A stretch of 64,000 nt of DNA. Origin: Nitrospinales bacterium. Lineage in GTDB: Bacteria; Nitrospinota; Nitrospinia; Nitrospinales; VA-1. A model generated the notes under the pieces. The model ran no database searches, had not been told where the DNA came from, and saw nothing but the letters and a program-made list of their open reading frames with translations. Every line of letters begins with the position of its first letter. Positions within the stretch are counted from its first letter, which is position 1. Positions 36,785-46,396 of this stretch are shown one piece after another. The translations under genes were made by a program, and so were the position numbers. The DNA lies in contig CBDCXL010000002.1 in the NCBI GenBank assembly GCA_965223795.1, positions 256,001 to 320,000 on the forward strand, written 5' to 3'.

Positions 36785-37816
36785 TCACGCAGCGGCCAGG
36801 GCGGCGGAGGACAGCGTGAGCACCGCGTCCCTGGAAAAAGGCCGTTCTTTTTTGAGCCAGCTTGTGTATCCCAGCCTGCCGTCGACGCCGAGCCGGGTTT
36901 CGGGAATCGCCTCCTTTTTCAGGATCAACTCCAGGTCCCACTCCAGCTCTTCGCCGAGATAGTTTTTCACCAGATCGGTCAGGTGCCGCGATCCGGCGCT
37001 CTCGGGGAAGAACCGCTCGTAATCCGCAAAGTCCAGCGGACCGAGCGCGATGCGGAATTTGTGCTGGTACCCGAACACGCGCTCTCCCAACAGAGCGGTT
37101 GCTCCCAGCATGCTTGCGCGCGAATCCGGCTGCAAAAAGCAGCGGTCCTGCTCAGCGAGTGGAAACCAGGAGCCGATGAACTGACGCAGCTGCACGGGGA
37201 CCTGAAAATAGCCCGCGAGGATGGCCTTGAGGCCTTCGGCGTTGCGCGGCCCGTGGCTGAAACGTCCGGCGAAGAAGTATTTCACCGCGTCGGCGACGGC
37301 GTCGCGGTTTCGATAGGCGTCCGTGCCGCGCCCGATGAGGCTGCCGACGTAGAACCCGAACCGGTCCTGCTGCGGGCGGTCGAACTGCACGGTCGGCCGG
37401 GCGTCGGCCCAGGCCCGGTAAAACAAAGACAGCATGCGGTGGTGGAACAGGTCCAGGAAACGCGAGAACACCGGGTCGCCCGCATTGTGCTTGCGGAAAT
37501 AGGCGAACTCGGTCAGATGGATCGGCAGCGGGCCCTGCGGACCGAGCAGGCCGAAAAAATAGCTGCCGAGCCGGGTCGCGCCGTTGCGGGCGGTCTCGTA
37601 CGAGGACAGGGTCGCGGGCGCGAATTTGAGATGCGGGTCCTGTCCGAGCTTGACCGGATCGTCGGCGGCGCGAATGGAGCGGCCGACTTTCGGTTTTTCC
37701 GGATGCGCGCATTCCAGCAGGCGGACCGCCTGGAAAAAATCGAAGCGGTGCGGCTCCTGCGCCAGATCCGCGGTCTTGTCCAAAAAGCGCGGTGCGTTGC
37801 CGTTTCCATCTCCCAT
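36785..37816 (-). CDS. tssG: T6SS baseplate TssG
   Basis: FDFFQAVRLLE, FGLLGPQGPLP.HLTE, FLDLFHHR...LFYRAW. Confidence 0.95.
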   Translation of the reverse strand: MGDGNGNAPRFLDKTADLAQEPHRFDFFQAVRLLECAHPEKPKVGRSIRAADDPVKLGQDPHLKFAPATLSSYETARNGATRLGSYFFGLLGPQGPLPIHLTEFAYFRKHNAGDPVFSRFLDLFHHRMLSLFYRAWADARPTVQFDRPQQDRFGFYVGSLIGRGTDAYRNRDAVADAVKYFFAGRFSHGPRNAEGLKAILAGYFQVPVQLRQFIGSWFPLAEQDRCFLQPDSRASMLGATALLGERVFGYQHKFRIALGPLDFADYERFFPESAGSRHLTDLVKNYLGEELEWDLELILKKEAIPETRLGVDGRLGYTSWLKKERPFSRDAVLTLSSAALAAA

Positions 37817-37853
37817 TTCTCAATGCTCCCCGGTTTCAGGGTGAGCCGCCGGA

Positions 37854-39722
37854 CTACAAAACATGCCGTTCCCCCAGTCTGGGCGCCCAGCGCATGATCT
37901 CGCCCCGGTCCACGGTCTTCAACACAGTTTCGACAAACGCATTGATGGAGGTATAGCGGGAAAAAAACCGCTCCAGCACGCATCCCAGCGGAAACACGCC
38001 GCTGCCTTCGAAAGCGGATTCGTCGAAGGTCACCGCCACTTCCAGGCCGCGGCCGAAGGAAACCGGGCCGGGCGCGGGAATCCTGCGGTGTATGGGCTTA
38101 GAGGTGACGGACACCAGGCCCTCGATCTGCTTTTTCAGCGAGCTGTCCGCGGCGGCGGCGTACAGTCCCAACAGTTCCTGCAGCGCGGCGGCGTCGCCGG
38201 CTCCGGTGATGGACAGGTAGTTCAGGGAAAGGTGGCTGATCAGCCGCCACGCCACGTCCCCCTCGGCGAGCGAGGGCACGGGCGGCGTGGGCCCGGCGAG
38301 GCAGCGCACGGCTTCGACGGGACCGCCGAGGTTCAGGGTGAAATCCGACGCCTGCCTGCCGACGGACAGAAACAGCGGCAGATCGCGGTTGGTGCAGCGG
38401 ATTTCCAGGCCGAGCTGGCGCAGGCTGCTCGCCAGCGGCGCTTCATCGGCGTCCACCAGCGACACGTACACCTCGCCGCCGGAGTAGCTGGAACGCGGGC
38501 CGCGCAGGCGGGCGCGTTCGGAGAGCATGCGCTTTTTCCGGCTCAGGGTGAAGTAGGCGCGGTTCTCCTGATACGCGCGGTGGCCGTTGAGCGAATAAAA
38601 CGGCAGAAATTCCCGCTTATCCTCGTTGCCGGCGCCGTAGCCGGTGACCTTGAGCACGTCGAACACTTCAAAGTCCATCGGCCGGCTGCGGTCGGGAACG
38701 ATGTGGTACTCGCTCGCGCCGTGGTTGAGATGGATGCGGTCCGCGTGTTTTTTGAACAGGTTGGCCGCGGGCGTGCAGAACAGGGCGAAGTGCTCCTTCT
38801 CCACTTTTCCTATGAGATCGCTCTCGGCCCGGTTGAGCAGGATCAATATATCGAGCGTGTTGTCCGCGCAGCGCGCGACGCCAGAGCGCAGGCCGGAAAA
38901 TTCGAGCATGCGGCTGCGTTCGGGAAAGGCGAAATGCTCCCTGAGCAGACGGTAGCCCTGAAACGAACGCGGGCCAAAGGGCAGCAGGGCCTGATCGTCT
39001 TCCAGCCCGTGCGCCTGAATGGACGCTGCCGGCAGACGTTCCTGCCAGTCCGGCGTCTGCGAAGCGGGCTTGAGCACGACGGCCAGCGCGTTGGCCAGCA
39101 TCTGCTCCATCAACTGCACCGGCCGCCGGTCCAGGCCGTGCAGGTAAAACACCAGCCGGTCGAGGGGAAGCTGGTTGAATTTGACATCGGCGGTGGTCTT
39201 AAGACGCAGGCGGAGCGCCGCTTTCACGCCGGGCACGGTCTGCACTCCGGTGGCGGCGACGGCGGAAGCGGTGGGCAGGTATTCGGCCCCGGCGACTTCG
39301 ATGGGCCAGAGCACCACCTCCTGCGCCGTGCTGTACTGGCACTGGGTCTGTCCTTCCTTGAGGCTTTGCCCCAACAGGCTGGTGTGCCGGGGGATGGGGT
39401 AGCCCTCCACCAGCGCCCCTTCGGTGCCTTTGGGCGTGAACTGCACCAGCGTCATGGAGGGCACCGGTGACAGAAAGTGCGGGTACACCATGTCCAGCAG
39501 GTGCTGGGTGAAGCGGGGAAATTCGGCGTCCACCTTGAGCTGCACGCGCGCCGCCATGTAGCCGAACCCTTCGAGCAGCCGCTCGACGTAAGGATCGGCG
39601 CAGTCGAAGCCGTCCATGCCGAGCCGGCCGGCGATCTTGGGGTATTCGCGGGCGAACTCGCCGAACATCTCGCGGATGTGCTGCAGCTCGCCGTTGTAGT
39701 ATTTGAGGAACTGAGCATCCAT
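37854..39722 (-). CDS. tssF: T6SS baseplate TssF
   Basis: YYN.EL, EYPKIAGRL, DPYVERLLEGF, WRLISHLSLNYLS. TGATG overlap with tssE. Confidence 0.95.
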   Translation of the reverse strand: MDAQFLKYYNGELQHIREMFGEFAREYPKIAGRLGMDGFDCADPYVERLLEGFGYMAARVQLKVDAEFPRFTQHLLDMVYPHFLSPVPSMTLVQFTPKGTEGALVEGYPIPRHTSLLGQSLKEGQTQCQYSTAQEVVLWPIEVAGAEYLPTASAVAATGVQTVPGVKAALRLRLKTTADVKFNQLPLDRLVFYLHGLDRRPVQLMEQMLANALAVVLKPASQTPDWQERLPAASIQAHGLEDDQALLPFGPRSFQGYRLLREHFAFPERSRMLEFSGLRSGVARCADNTLDILILLNRAESDLIGKVEKEHFALFCTPAANLFKKHADRIHLNHGASEYHIVPDRSRPMDFEVFDVLKVTGYGAGNEDKREFLPFYSLNGHRAYQENRAYFTLSRKKRMLSERARLRGPRSSYSGGEVYVSLVDADEAPLASSLRQLGLEIRCTNRDLPLFLSVGRQASDFTLNLGGPVEAVRCLAGPTPPVPSLAEGDVAWRLISHLSLNYLSITGAGDAAALQELLGLYAAAADSSLKKQIEGLVSVTSKPIHRRIPAPGPVSFGRGLEVAVTFDESAFEGSGVFPLGCVLERFFSRYTSINAFVETVLKTVDRGEIMRWAPRLGERHVL

Positions 39723-40357
39723 CAGCTTTTGCCCGGGGTGGCGGCCTGTTTGAAATTCACCTTGCCGGTCTCCACGTTGACTTCCGCCTGCAGGTACACG
39801 TGCAGGGGCACCGGCTGGGACCACACTTCGCCTTCGATTTCCAGGCTCAACGCATTGCGGGATGGAGTCCCGTTCTTATCGATGATTCTCACCTTGAGAG
39901 ATTTTTTCAGGATGCGCGGCTCGAAATTCCAGATCGCTTCGCGCACGCACCGCTCCAGCTGGCCCCGGTCGAATCCGGAGAGCGAGCCGCCCACCAGATC
40001 GGGGATGCCGTAGTTGATGACGGAGCCCGCTGCATAGGGATAGGCGCTGAGATCCTCGGACCGTTCGATGTTGCCGGTGTTGAGCAGCCATTCCAGATCG
40101 CGGATCACACTCTGGCGCAGCTTGCTGGCGGACCAGAAGTTCGACTCCCTATCCCCGCCTGCCTGCTGCGGGCGGCCCGCCGTCTGCGCGGCTTCCGGCC
40201 CAGCGCCGGACGCCTCGGCTGCGCCGCCGTTCGTATCCGGCGCGCCGGTGGCATTCTGCGTGCGGGCCGGGACGATTTTCCTCCCCTTGGGGTTGGCATC
40301 GATCAGCCGGTCGAGCAGCGAGGGCTGCAACCGTTCTTTGGGCAACAGGTCCGCCAT
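39722..40357 (-). CDS. tssE: T6SS baseplate TssE (with a low-complexity insertion)
   Basis: LQPSLLDRL, RDLEWLLNT, SVINYGIPDL, FEPRI. Confidence 0.93.
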   Translation of the reverse strand: MADLLPKERLQPSLLDRLIDANPKGRKIVPARTQNATGAPDTNGGAAEASGAGPEAAQTAGRPQQAGGDRESNFWSASKLRQSVIRDLEWLLNTGNIERSEDLSAYPYAAGSVINYGIPDLVGGSLSGFDRGQLERCVREAIWNFEPRILKKSLKVRIIDKNGTPSRNALSLEIEGEVWSQPVPLHVYLQAEVNVETGKVNFKQAATPGKS

Positions 40358-40450
40358 GATGTTTGAGCGCGTTGGAGGGGCGCGCGGCCCCTCCGGATCA
40401 AGAAGTTTTTAAATTCATGAACACGTGAATCCGATAATCCCGATTCCGAC

Positions 40451-40936
40451 TCACGCAGTGTTGTCCTGTATGTCCCAGCCGCGGGACACTTCTTTCCCCT
40501 TGTTGCCCTTATGATCGACGGGTGTGTAGATCTCTGTGATCTTTCCGGGATTGAGGGAAATGGCTTCCGTGGGTTTCTCGCCGTTGCCGTTGCCCATGAT
40601 CGTGTAATTGCTGACCACCACGTTTTCCAGCTTGTACTTCAGGTAGACATTGCGCTTTTTGTTGGTGGTCATGATGGCGTTCATTTCGATTTCGGGGATG
40701 TGCTCGCCGTTGCAGCAGGCCTGCAGGATGTCCGGCGAGGCTTTGTCGACGAATTTGGAAATGGAAAATTCACCGAACTGCACGCCGGCGGCGGTGCGGC
40801 CGCCGCTGCCGCTGGCGCCGGAAGTGGGTTGATGGGCGCCGTGCGAAAAGCTTTGAATCTCGCACCAGTCCTTGTGTTCCTTGTCCGTGGACTCGCCTTT
40901 GATCTTGTCTCCAAACTTGATGTACATGTCAGCCAT
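40451..40936 (-). CDS. hcp: T6SS tube protein Hcp (TssD)
   Basis: IKGES.D..HKDW.EI.SFS.G, K.VDKASP, GWD motifs. Confidence 0.95.
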   Translation of the reverse strand: MADMYIKFGDKIKGESTDKEHKDWCEIQSFSHGAHQPTSGASGSGGRTAAGVQFGEFSISKFVDKASPDILQACCNGEHIPEIEMNAIMTTNKKRNVYLKYKLENVVVSNYTIMGNGNGEKPTEAISLNPGKITEIYTPVDHKGNKGKEVSRGWDIQDNTA

Positions 40937-41006
40937 TTGGGTCTCTCCCATCGTTGGATTGGATAAGCGCGGCGCACCTTGAGGCCGCGGATTTCATTTT
41001 TTTCCG

Positions 41007-42503
41007 CTAACTCTGTTTTTCCGACGGCAGACGCGATACCAGGGACAACGAAACCGTCAGCCCCTCGAGCTGGTAATGCGGCCGCAGTTTGAATTCGGCG
41101 GAATAATAGCCGGGGTTGCCTTCGATGTCGGCCACCGTGACTTCGGCGTCGGCCAGCGGCTTTCTGGCTTTCTGCTGCTCGGTGGCGGTTTCCGGATTCC
41201 CCTCTACGTAGTTCAAGATCCAGTCGTTGAGAAACTTCTGCATGTCCTCGCGCTCCTTGAACGAGCCGACCTTGTCGCGGACGATGCACTTGAGGTAATG
41301 CGCGAACCGGCAAGTGGCGAACAGATAGGGCAGCCGCGCGGAAAGGTTCGCGTTGGCGGTCGCGTCGGGATCGTCGTACTCGGCGGGCTTGTGCAGCGAC
41401 TGCGCGCCGATGAACGCGGCCATGTCGGTGTTCTTTTTGTGCAGCAGCGGCATGATGCCGTTTTTCGCCAGCTCGGCTTCGCGCCGGTCGGTGATGGCGA
41501 TCTCCGTGGGGCATTTCATGTCCACGCCGCCGTCGTCGGTGGGGAACGTGTGGGTGGGCAGCCCCTCCACCAGCCCGCCGGACTCGACGCCGCGGATCTG
41601 CGAGCACCAGCCGTACAGCTTGAACGAACGGTTGATGTTCACGGCCATGGCATAGGCGGAATTGGCCCAGCCGTATTTTTTGTGGTCGGCGCCGGCGGTG
41701 TCCTCCTCGAAGTCGAACTCCTCGACCGGGTCGGTCTTCGCGCCGTACGGCAGGCGCGCGAGGAAGCGCGGCATGGCGAGGCCGATGTACTTCGATTCCT
41801 CGGACTCGCGCAGCGATTTCCACGAGGCGTACTCGGAGTTCTGGAAAATCTTGGTGACGTCGCGCGGGTTGGACAGTTCCTGCCAGCTGTCCATCTGCAA
41901 CAGCGTCGGCGCCGTTCCGGTGATGAAGGGCGAATGCGACGCGGCGGACACTTTGGCGATCTCGCCGAGCAACTGCACGTCCTGCGGGCTGTGGTCGAAG
42001 TAGTAATCGCCGACCAGGCAGCCATAGGGCTCGCCGCCGAAGGTGCCGTATTCGGCCTCGTACATTTTCTTGAAGATGGGGCTCTGGTCCCAGGCGGTGC
42101 CCTTGAATTTCTTCAGCGTCTTGTGCAGATCCTGTTTGGAGATGTTGAGGACGCGGATCTTCAGCATCTCGTCGGTTTCGGTGTTGTTGATGAGATGGCT
42201 GAGCCCGCGCCAGCTGCCTTCGAGCTGCTGGAAATCCTCGTGGTGCAGGATCTCGTTCACCTGCTCGGTGAGCTTTTTGTCGATCTCGGCGATGTACGCT
42301 TCGATGGTGTGGACGGCGTCTTCGGATATGAGCTGGGCGTTTTCCAGGGCGTACTTCGCCAGCGTCTGCACCGACTCCTCCACCGCTTCCTTGGAACGGT
42401 CGGACTTCGGCTTGAACTCCTTGGACAACAGCGAGGAAAATTCGTTCGCCTCCAGGGCGACGGCTTCTTCCTGCTTTCGGGTTTCGGTATTGGCTTCGCT
42501 CAT
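41007..42503 (-). CDS. tssC: T6SS sheath large subunit TssC
   Basis: FQQLEGSWRGL, EYGTFGGEP, IRGVESGG, LRPHYQLEGL. Confidence 0.97.
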   Translation of the reverse strand: MSEANTETRKQEEAVALEANEFSSLLSKEFKPKSDRSKEAVEESVQTLAKYALENAQLISEDAVHTIEAYIAEIDKKLTEQVNEILHHEDFQQLEGSWRGLSHLINNTETDEMLKIRVLNISKQDLHKTLKKFKGTAWDQSPIFKKMYEAEYGTFGGEPYGCLVGDYYFDHSPQDVQLLGEIAKVSAASHSPFITGTAPTLLQMDSWQELSNPRDVTKIFQNSEYASWKSLRESEESKYIGLAMPRFLARLPYGAKTDPVEEFDFEEDTAGADHKKYGWANSAYAMAVNINRSFKLYGWCSQIRGVESGGLVEGLPTHTFPTDDGGVDMKCPTEIAITDRREAELAKNGIMPLLHKKNTDMAAFIGAQSLHKPAEYDDPDATANANLSARLPYLFATCRFAHYLKCIVRDKVGSFKEREDMQKFLNDWILNYVEGNPETATEQQKARKPLADAEVTVADIEGNPGYYSAEFKLRPHYQLEGLTVSLSLVSRLPSEKQS

Positions 42504-43039
42504 TGTTCAACCTCCTCGGCGGACGGCGCGGGGGCTTCGTCCTGGGGTTTGGGGGCGGACGCGAGGGACTTCATCAGCGCCTCGTCCTTCATGACCTTGG
42601 CGATGAGCTGCTCGGCCCCGGTCTTGCCGTCCATGTAGGTCACCAGATTGGCCAGCTGCTGCCTGGCTTCAAGCAGTTTCCGAAGCGGTTCGACTTTTCT
42701 TGCGATGGCGGCCGGGGAAAAATCGTCCATGCTCTCGAACGTGAGGTCGATGCTGAGGTTGCCGCCTTCGCCGCTCAGCTTGTTGGGAACCTGAAACGCC
42801 ACGCGCGGTTTCATCGCCTTGAGGCGTTCGTCGAAGTTGTCCACGTCGATCTCAAGCGCCTCGCGCTCCGCGACCGGCGGCAGGGGCTCCGCGGGCTTGC
42901 CGGAAAGATCGCCCAACACGCCCATGACGAAGGGAAGCTCCACTTTCTTGTTGGCGCCGTAGAGTTCCACGTCGTATTCGATCTGGACCCGCGGCGCGCG
43001 GTTCCGGCCTATGAACTTTTGACTGCTGTCTTTGCCCAT
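42500..43039 (-). CDS. tssB: T6SS sheath small subunit TssB
   Basis: SSQKFIGRNRAPRVQIEYDVE...ELPFVMGV, resembling H1-type HsiB1. Confidence 0.97.
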   Translation of the reverse strand: MGKDSSQKFIGRNRAPRVQIEYDVELYGANKKVELPFVMGVLGDLSGKPAEPLPPVAEREALEIDVDNFDERLKAMKPRVAFQVPNKLSGEGGNLSIDLTFESMDDFSPAAIARKVEPLRKLLEARQQLANLVTYMDGKTGAEQLIAKVMKDEALMKSLASAPKPQDEAPAPSAEEVEQ

Positions 43040-43102
43040 TTCGTCTCTCCATTGGGATGAGATTCTTATTTCAACGCTGGGTGTTTCTTTTCTCTATGAC
43101 TT

Positions 43103-44176
43103 TCAATCGTCGCTGGTGTATTCCTCACCGCTGATCTGCTCCACCTGCTTGAGCCCGTCCGGCGACAGGTCCTGAATGATTTCGACGAAGTTCTTGCTCA
43201 CCAGGCGCTTCGCCCGGCGCAGCAGGATGGGCAGCGGGCTGGAGGGTTCGTAGCGGTCGTAGTAATCGCAGATTTTATCCAGCGCGTTGACCACGTCCTC
43301 GCGGCTTTTGATGTCGCCGGAGTACGCCATGCCGTGCACGGAATCGCGGCCTGCGGCCGGTGCGGAACCGGCGTTTCCGCCGTTGCCCGGCTGCGCCTGG
43401 GACTCGGGGCGGGCGTCGATGCGTTCCTGCAAAAACCCGTTCATCTCCTGAAGCAGTTTCTCAAGCGGAGCGAAATCCAGGTTCCTTCCCGGTCCGGTCC
43501 GGCTTTCCACGAACGCTTTCAGCTCCTGAAGCCGTTCGCGCGATTCCAGTACGTAAAGCTGCGTCTGATTGAGCGCCTCCCAGGGCGTCTCCATGAACGC
43601 GCCGCGGATCAGGTCCAGACTGGAGACTTCCTGCGTGTCTTCTTCGTCGTCTTCGCCGGACGCTTGCGGCTTGACATCTCCTCTCGCCATCTGCACGTCG
43701 CGGAAGGAAAACCGCCCCACTCCGCGCACATCGACGAGCGGCTGGCGGCGCAGGTCGTCGAGCACCGAATGCGGGTGGCACAAAGACTCAAGGATGTTGA
43801 TGCGCTGGGTGGGATCGTTGTCGTCGTCGGGGTCGAGCTGAGGATGCAGAGAATCCCAGTAGCGGCCGGTCAGGCCGTTGAGCAGGCCGAGCGCGTCGTG
43901 GAATCCGGGCAGCCCCTCCTGAATGGTGCGGGCCTGGGTGAGGTGCACGGCCACGCGCAGGTCCTTGGTTTTGGCAAAAAGCGCAAGCGCCTGCTTGTGC
44001 GCGGATTTCCAGTCGGATTCCTTGACCCCGTTCTGCGAGGGATGGACCTTCTGCTTGATCCAGTCCTCGGAGCATTTTTCCAGCTTGAGAAAATCGCTGT
44101 CGGTGTCCAGTTCCTCGCCGCAGGGCTGATCCGGGTCGATTTCCGCAAGCAGTGACTCGATATTCAACGGTTCCAT
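43103..44176 (-). CDS. tssA: T6SS TssA (ImpA N-terminal domain, short form)
   Basis: P.G..L, W......L...TKDLR, YWD.LHP; C-terminal I.SRED...LD.IC.YY...EPSSP. Confidence 0.93.
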   Translation of the reverse strand: MEPLNIESLLAEIDPDQPCGEELDTDSDFLKLEKCSEDWIKQKVHPSQNGVKESDWKSAHKQALALFAKTKDLRVAVHLTQARTIQEGLPGFHDALGLLNGLTGRYWDSLHPQLDPDDDNDPTQRINILESLCHPHSVLDDLRRQPLVDVRGVGRFSFRDVQMARGDVKPQASGEDDEEDTQEVSSLDLIRGAFMETPWEALNQTQLYVLESRERLQELKAFVESRTGPGRNLDFAPLEKLLQEMNGFLQERIDARPESQAQPGNGGNAGSAPAAGRDSVHGMAYSGDIKSREDVVNALDKICDYYDRYEPSSPLPILLRRAKRLVSKNFVEIIQDLSPDGLKQVEQISGEEYTSDD

Positions 44177-44608
44177 GCTCACCTTCTGCCGGTTTCGGAC
44201 TCCTGAAACAGGAGCTTCCGAAACGAATGAAAACAATTCAGAACAACGACCGAGCCGTTTAAGGAAATAAGCGGGGGGACTATTTCCAAATATCTAATTT
44301 TTTGGAATTTATAATGAGGAAGTGTAGCAAGGAATTTTATTTTATCAAGCACAATATTTCAGCAATCCGAAGTTTTCCGCGGTGAAATATCGGATTTCGA
44401 AACGACGGGAACACGGTCAGTGCAAGACGGGACGCGGGGTTGCGCGTTGCAGGCGGGATGGCTGGCAGGAGGAAAAGAAAAACAAAAAAAGTGATTCTTT
44501 ATCGATTGCTGTAGAAAATATTTAAAGTGAACTCTTTAATTTTTTACGTGAAGCTCCGTTTTTGAAAGTATTGCTCTTCACTTAAAACCGGAGAGGCCGT
44601 GAAAAAAC

Positions 44609-44989
44609 TCACGGCTTTGAGGGCGTTGTAGTGTCTTTTTGCGCCAGCTTTTGCGCGATTTCCTGATCCAGGTTCTCAAGAAACGCCTGCTGGAAATTAT
44701 TTAGATCGGTCTGAATCCGGTATTTGAGCATTGTGGCCATCCAGTAGTCGGAAAACTCCTTCTGGCAGTCGGCCACCACGGCGGCGCGGATGGAATCCGC
44801 ATCGTCGCTGGCGGGAAGGTTTTTCTTGAGCGAGGTTTCTTTGCAGCGCTGGAATTCCTGGGACGCGCTCCGGTAGGTCCGCTCCGGGGCCGCCTTCTTC
44901 GCCGCCTGACCGGGTTTGACGTTCGATTTGGCGCTGGAACACCCCGCCAGCAGCATCAGGACTGTGAAGCAGACGATCGGTTTCAACAT
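44609..44989 (-). CDS. Hypothetical lipoprotein
   Basis: AGGAGGAG SD; LAGC lipobox; two further Cys residues. Confidence 0.75.
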   Translation of the reverse strand: MLKPIVCFTVLMLLAGCSSAKSNVKPGQAAKKAAPERTYRSASQEFQRCKETSLKKNLPASDDADSIRAAVVADCQKEFSDYWMATMLKYRIQTDLNNFQQAFLENLDQEIAQKLAQKDTTTPSKP

Positions 44990-45090
44990 GCACTCCTCCT
45001 GTTTGGGCATAGACATTCACTCCACGTATTTATCGGCAATCGCGTGGATTTCTGAACCGTCACGGCATTGCCGCCGCGTTGAAAAAAGGA

Positions 45091-45570
45091 TCAGCGGACG
45101 CGGGCCACGATGCGCAGGGTCCCCGTGTACAGGCCGGCAGTCTGGCTGGTTTCGTTGCGCACGTTGATCAGCTCCCCGCCGATCAGCACCGAATCGACCC
45201 CTCCGGTGGCGGTGAAACGGCACCTCCCCTGCCCCAGCACGCCGCCGGGACCGATGCAGTTGGGGCGGAATCGCATTCGGGGTCCGGGACCGTTGACGGC
45301 GCCGTTGCGGACGCGCACTTCGATCGTGTCCCCGGCGTTGGCCTGCACGGTCACCAGCCCTTTCTGCTCGCCGTTCAAGTGCACGACGCTGCCGGTGGTG
45401 CTGACGCCGCCGTTGGCGGGCAGTGCCACGGTGCCGCCTGTGGGACCGGCGGCGAAACGGCCGAACGAAAATGTGTCGATCTGGGTCACCGGAATCCGTT
45501 GAGCCTGGGCGGTGTCAGCGGCCAGCGCCTGAATCAGAACGGCTGCCAGCAAAAGTGATGTTTTTTTCAT
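45091..45570 (-). CDS. DUF4402-like putative minor pilin
   Basis: Signal peptide, FSFGRF, NCIGP..C pair, V.IGG.L and GLYTGTL.I.ARV C-terminus. Confidence 0.7.
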   Translation of the reverse strand: MKKTSLLLAAVLIQALAADTAQAQRIPVTQIDTFSFGRFAAGPTGGTVALPANGGVSTTGSVVHLNGEQKGLVTVQANAGDTIEVRVRNGAVNGPGPRMRFRPNCIGPGGVLGQGRCRFTATGGVDSVLIGGELINVRNETSQTAGLYTGTLRIVARVR

Positions 45571-45661
45571 AACGGAACGCATGCGCACCTGGATGTCGTG
45601 TTTGCAACGCAGTGATAAAACGGTTTGCAACTCTTCCGATTATTCGCTCGGTTCGGAAAAA

Positions 45662-45780
45662 CTTTGCATGAGTCCTATTCTTTGTCATGCTGAGCCCGTC
45701 GAAGCATGATTTTGCGCACCCTTCGACAAGCTCAGGGTGACTTTGAGTTCAAATTCTAAAAAAATACGACTCATGCAAAG
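45662..45780. repeat. MITE-like element containing a REP-like palindrome
   Basis: 22-bp terminal inverted repeats (CTTTGCATGAGTCCTATTCTTT / AAAAAATACGACTCATGCAAAG, 20/22 match) enclosing GTCATGCTGAGC...GCTCAGGGTGAC (45684-45741). Confidence 0.75.
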
Positions 45781-45784
45781 ATCT

Positions 45785-45808
45785 CCCGGACGGCCCATGC
45801 CGTCCGGG
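45785..45808 (-). terminator. Stem-loop after the major pilin gene
   Basis: CCCGGACGGC-CCAT-GCCGTCCGGG perfect 10-bp stem 10 nt after the stop; weak U tail. Confidence 0.55.
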
Positions 45809-45818
45809 TGACCTTGCG

Positions 45819-46355
45819 TTACGGGATGATGTTCGCCGTCACGGTGACGGTGCCCGAGTAGTTTTCGGACTCCTGGTTCGTGTTGACGTTGAGCACGCCA
45901 CCCACTTCGACGGTCTGGGTCGTGCCGTCGGATGTGTAGGTGCAGAACCCGTCCAGTGAACCCAGAGTGCCGCTGGGCCCGATGCAGTTGGCCTGTAGCA
46001 GCATGGCCTGGCTGGCGGGCGCGGTCAGGTTGGAACCGGCGACGTCGACGCGGATGTTGTCGCCGTTCACCAGCGTGCCGGACACATCGACGCTGCCGAT
46101 CTGCTCGCCGCCCAGCAGCGTGATGCCACCGCCGGCGGTGATGCCGCTGCCGCCAGCATCGAAGGTCACCGTGGATGCGGTGCCGTCGGTACCGAAGCGG
46201 CCGAAACTCAACGCGGTGTTCTGGGTGACCGTGAGCACGGTGACCACTTCCGCATCCACCGGCAGCGCGAGCTGGGCGTTGGCGGTGGCGGCGAATCCCG
46301 CCACAGAGAGCAGCGGCAGGAACAACAAACTGAGCAATCGTTTCTTCAGCCTCAT
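45819..46355 (-). CDS. DUF4402-like putative major pilin
   Basis: Strong AGGAGG SD, signal peptide, LSFGRF, NCIGP..C, VEVGG.L.V and YSGTVTVTAN C-terminus. Confidence 0.75.
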   Translation of the reverse strand: MRLKKRLLSLLFLPLLSVAGFAATANAQLALPVDAEVVTVLTVTQNTALSFGRFGTDGTASTVTFDAGGSGITAGGGITLLGGEQIGSVDVSGTLVNGDNIRVDVAGSNLTAPASQAMLLQANCIGPSGTLGSLDGFCTYTSDGTTQTVEVGGVLNVNTNQESENYSGTVTVTANIIP

Positions 46356-46396
46356 AACCTTCCTCCTTTTTGCAAGTTGCACAATCAAACTTCAAA

